Shown here: piece by piece, positions 59,489 to 64,000 of the stretch
Numbering within the stretch: position 1 is the first letter of the stretch
How the letters are laid out: every line of letters begins with the position of its first letter
DNA from: Raillietiella orientalis
Taxonomy: Eukaryota
Direction: 5' to 3'
Length of the DNA: 64,000 nucleotides
Assembly (NCBI GenBank): GCA_036172245.1
Contig: JAYWIR010000030.1
Location: forward strand, 806,001 to 870,000
Program-made: the position numbers and the translations under genes
The notes under the pieces: model-generated
What the model saw: only the letters and a program-made list of their open reading frames with translations
What the model was told of the DNA's origin: nothing
Database searches by the model: none

Positions 59489-62397
59489 TCAGCCGTTCTC
59501 GTTGTTGACGCTGCCCTTGACCCCGGTCTTCCCCGTCCAAGGGTAGAACTCCGGGCACTTCCTGCATGTCCGCATGAACCGCGACCCCGTCTGGTGGCGG
59601 ACGTTGCAGACCTTGGGGGACTTGCAGCGGGGCGGGCGATCCTGAGGGGGGGCAAGGAAAGGGGCGGGGTGAGACGGCCTCCCGAGCCGGCTCACCGAGC
59701 GGTCACAGCCCCAGGGTTTGAAGCTCTTCACTGTGGTCAGGTCCTGCGGGTCCCGCATCCACTGGATGAGCTGCCAGTTGGTGACCAGCCACACGTCGTC
59801 CATGCCGACCAGGGTGTCCAGGAAGGCCAGAAAACCCTCCTTGTGATGGGGCTGGGTGAACCACGCGGCGTGATAGAAGAGACCGAACGGCGCCCTGCAA
59901 GGGAGGGAGGGAAGAGGGCAGGTAAGTCGGGGGGGGGGGGGGCAGGGTCAGTCGCCGCTCCCCCCCCGCCTTGGGAGGGAGCGCTCTCACCTGTTAGTGG
60001 TGTAGTGGCGCTCGAAGTTCTTGATGAGCATCTTGTACACCCCTTCCGCGGTGGGGGGGCTGCTGCACCCGTCGGCCATGGAACACCTCCCTCCGTTCAG
60101 GTCCTGCCACATCACGAGGGGGATCTCCCAGATTCCTGCGGGGGTGGAGGAGAGAGAATCAAGAAGCGGAAGAGGAAGGAAGAAAAGGGAAGATCCGAAA
60201 AGAAAAAAAAGGGGGGGGACGCCCCCTCCCCCTCCTGCTCACCCGGGTAGGAGTTGGTGGGGCAGGGCGGGATCATGCAGTCGTGGAACACCTTGTAATC
60301 CAGGGTGTACGGCCAGGAGGGCGGCCGGTTCTCGTACACAGGCATCGACGAGTCGTAGGTGAAGTTGGCGTCGTACAGCATCTTGAACATCTTGTTGCCC
60401 CCCACCTGAGGGAAGAAGGGGGAGGAGGAGAAGCGGTGATCATTCGGGGCGTGAGGGCACGTTACCGCCAGGAAGGGCGCCCTCATCCCGCGCACGTCTT
60501 CCCTCTTCACCCCTCCGAAGGCCGCCAGTATGTCTCTCTGCCCGTCGACCTCCTTGCGCCACTTCTTCGACGGGAACTGCTCCCCGAAGCTGTGCCTAGA
60601 GAAAGGATGCCGCGGTGAGGAGAGAGGAAGAGCGCGGAAGTTCGAGCGCCGCTCACGAGATGGTGTGCGAGGCGATCTCGTGACCGTCTGCGTAGAGGTT
60701 CTGGACCTGCCCGTAGTCGGTCCACTCGTGGCTGACGTAGAAGGTCGCCTGGATGGGGCAACCGTTGGGGTTCAGACGACCTTCCTCGAAGATGTCCTGG
60801 TACAGCTGCCTGTTCAGCTCGTTGACCGCGTCGTCGAAGGTCAGCAGCACCGCCTGAGGGATGTTCTCTGGCTGGAGCCCTCCTGGAAGCAAGCAGGGAG
60901 GGGATGACCTCACGCAGAAGGTTGCGTCCGGAAGCGAAGAGAAACAAAGAGGAGCAGGGAGAGGAAGCGAAGTCCTGCTCCTCCCCTTCCCTCCCACTGA
61001 GCTCACCGGGGACCTCCTTGCCGCCGCAGTAGCAGTCCGGCAGCAGGCAGACGCTCCTGTTGCACTTCACGGCCGCGACCTCGACCTTGGGCGTCGGCCG
61101 CACCGACGCCGGCCTGGAGGGGACCGAGTCGAAGATGGAAGTCGGGTAGGATGTCACCGGGAACAGTTTGGCCGGCTTCAGCGTCGACCTGCTGCAAAGG
61201 GGGGAGGGAAAAAGGAACAGAGGCATGGGCACAGGGGTGAGGGATGGGGCGGGCGAGGATGGCGCCGCCCCGTGCTTACCTGGGAGACGGGGATCCTGTC
61301 GTGGAAGGCGGCTCGATCCTGGAAGGAGACAGGAAGAAGGTGGACTTGCGCGGAGTGATCCCGTTCCCTCTCGGTTGCCTAGGAGACCCGACCCTTGGGT
61401 CTTGGCTCCCTGCAGGAAGGGGAAGGAGCGCCGGTCCCGCTTACCCTGATCCAAGTACGGGCCTAATCCTGGCGGGAAAGGAGGTGAGGCTCGCACGTCC
61501 TGCATCGTCCCTGCGGCTGAGGGAGACGGTGTCCTGGGGAAGAGCCGTGGAGGTGCGTGAAGGCGGGGGACCTCCTGCCTCGACTATCCTTTCTTGGCGC
61601 GGAGGAGGAACATCCTCTGCGCCGCCGTTGGCCGCTTCTGGGGGCCGAGGGGTGTCCCACCTCGCTTCCTGCGCCTCAGCCGGATCGCCGCCGCCCTGCA
61701 GGTGCCCTGCCCTCGGGGGTAGACGGGGGAGGAAGGGCAGCGCAGAGCGTCGCGTACCGCCGCCAGAGCCACAGCACGGCGCGTCGTCGACATAGGGGGG
61801 CTCGTCGTCAACGGCGCTGCCGCCACCGCCGTGGTACTGCAAGAAGTCGTCGTCCTCCACTGCCACGAAGAACGGCGACGTCTCTCTGTGATCTTCGTCC
61901 GTGAAGTTGCCCTCTGGGATGCTCTGCGGCTGAACTCGCACCGCAGCGTCCAAGGAGTTGAGGTACTCGTCTCCTCCGCCGGGGTTGGGACCGAAGCGCA
62001 CATAGGAGCGCTCAGTGTGCGCCGCCGGTCGTCGGCTCGGCTCCTCGAAAGGATGCGATCTGGAAGGGCCGACGCTGCAACCGAAGGCGTCGGCGCCAGC
62101 AGCGGAAGAAGGGAAGGGGAGACGGGGAAGGGGGGAAGGAGGTGCGCCGTGTGCCCCTACTTACTCGGAAGGGAGAGCTGACGATTCCTCTTTCGAGAAG
62201 TGGTCCTGCAGCAGAGTCTGCCGGGTTGTAGATGGCGTCAAGTGCGCCTGCGCGGATCCCCTCACGAGACTGCCTACCTGTCTTCTGGGGTATCCGCCAT
62301 CCATGAAATCAGCTTCTTTGGCGCTGGCTTGGGCACCAGAGTCCTTCTCCCTGTTCCTCTCTCCGTAGACAAAGACATCATGGTTATTTTCCAATGA
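59489..62397 (-). CDS. Cda5: Arthropod-type chitin deacetylase-like protein (CE4; long low-complexity linker as in CDA5/group IV), 5' part not seen
   Basis: Frame-consistent exons 62397-62165, 62059-61445, 61318-61280, 61188-61007, 60882-60657, 60595-60466, 60405-60243, 60135-59991, 59894-59696, 59641-59489. Motifs LTFDDAVN, HEIASHTISH, MRAPFLA, YDSSMP, PFGLFYH. AATAAA at 59448-59443. Linker exons are less certain. Confidence 0.92.
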
Positions 62398-62649
62398 CTG
62401 GAGAGACAAAAGAAGAAACAAAGGTGTAAGGGGATTCAGCGTGGATCGCGTGGCACACAAACTCCCCTGGGGCATCAACATGCGAGTGCCGTCCGGACGG
62501 AGCACGAGCACCCGAAGGGCGGGAGAGGAAGAAAGACCGGTCGGATGAAGCCCTGCCCGCATAACAGAGATTCAGACAAGGATCCAGACCCCCAGAAACC
62601 AGAAGGTCTGTGCTTTCTTCATACTTAGAGGAGCTTAGAAGCAGGGAGG

Positions 62650-63500
62650 AAACAAAGCTCTGTGCGTACTGCGTGCTTCAGGGATCATATGAAGGCATCC
62701 GCTGAGCCAGAATGATACCGAAGGTCTTCCAAGGTACATCCGTGAAATCTGCAGCGCAGGAGCGCATGTGATGGACACTTGGTTCCTGAAGAAATACCAT
62801 TAAACTCGCTCGGAAAAATGCTGCAGACGGGTTTTCATGTGTCGCTATCTCCAGCGTACAGACTCGCAGGCATTCTCCACCGGTGGTCTGAGCACGAGGG
62901 GCCTTCATGCAGATATAAATAGACGCTCCCTCACAATGGTCTCATCGAGTTACTCCTTATTTAAGCTGTAGATGTTCTTAAGGGTGACTCTTGTGATAAC
63001 AGCAAAGTAGTCACTCTCGATTAGCTTATAACGATTTTTTCGGAACCTTTCGTAAAGTTGAAGGCAGCATCTGAACAAGAAGAAACATCCAATCACCAAA
63101 GTGGAGAGAATGGATACGGAAGCTCTAGGTCCCAGAGAATCATCCCCTGCAGACACGGCGGTCCTGGTCAGATCTCGCAGCCAGATGTAATCCAGACGCG
63201 CATTCACACTTTTCTATGCGTGCGTTTTGTGTGTCTCTATCTTACACAGTGATACGGGCTCCCACATCCAAACTTCCTCTGGTTCGCAACGTGGTGGGCG
63301 CAGCTGTGCTATCGCAGCCTAGTCTCTGTGGAGGAAGAGTCCACAGCAGTTTCGGCTCGCGAGCGTGGGTGGTCACGACAGCTCGAATCGCTTCGCACAC
63401 GTGCTGAGCCAGAGGGAGGGGTTTCTTCTGTTGCCAATTTCTCGCCTTGGGCATTCAAAAAGGAACGATCTTCCTTCACTCGCTTCCTTTCTCTTCTGAT
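62650..63500 (-). mobile_element. LINE remnant, probably intronic in the deacetylase gene
   Basis: ARLDYIWL (endonuclease SRID-like) then ENPSAAFFR (linker motif) in order. Confidence 0.5.
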
Positions 63501-64000
63501 CGCTCCTTCTCGGTGCCCTTTCCTCTTCTGGAAGAGCTGCTTCTTCGGAGGAATCTAATTCAGATGCTGCAAATTAGGAGAAGATAGAAGGAGAAGCGGT
63601 CTAGGAGGTAAGGAGGAGGGGACTTGTGTAGAAAAGAAAGGAGCTTCCGATCTGGCAGGGCAGAGGGAGAAAAGGGACGAGAGAGTCCGACGTGCGAAAG
63701 CTGTGGTTCTAGAAATGGACCCTTATTCCAAAGGGGAGGAAGAGGACCTGAAAAGGAAGAAAGCGAACACGCTCATGTGAATTGGAGGCAATCCGCTTCT
63801 GCACGGAGTCCACCTTCCTAAAAAGCATGAAGGAGGAGGAACGTGTTGCCCTTCGAGCTCCCTTCCTCTCCTCTCCTCTCTCTTGAATTCCGACAAGTGT
63901 GCTGCCTGGGGCAGATGAAAGATAGCAAAGAACAGTCTCTGCACCCGAGAACCTTTCCATTTCCATGATGATCTTGAAAACCGGACCCGTGGAACACGAT

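Overview
Eukaryotic genomic DNA, probably from an arthropod-type ecdysozoan (inferred from gene content), with no prokaryotic features. Four spliced genes can be rebuilt with frame-consistent GT-AG introns: two Caskin-family SAM-domain paralogues facing each other with stop codons 8 bp apart (30101-35683 + and 41158-35692 -), eIF3d (54495-52460 -), and the 3' part of a CDA5-like chitin deacetylase (62397-59489 -). Most other sequence is decayed L1/Tx1-type non-LTR retrotransposon, densest at 0-15 kb. There, different copies end in the same 26-nt hairpin motif and two copies form a 1.2-kb foldback. Best leads: (1) a 5' fragment of 18S rRNA boxed by 59-bp inverted repeats, one of which lies inside a 96-bp MITE-like unit; (2) the Caskin pair, which appears to have divided the ancestral domains and must overlap in antisense; (3) the shared LINE terminal motif. 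Family assignments rest on motifs recalled from memory; no database searches were run.
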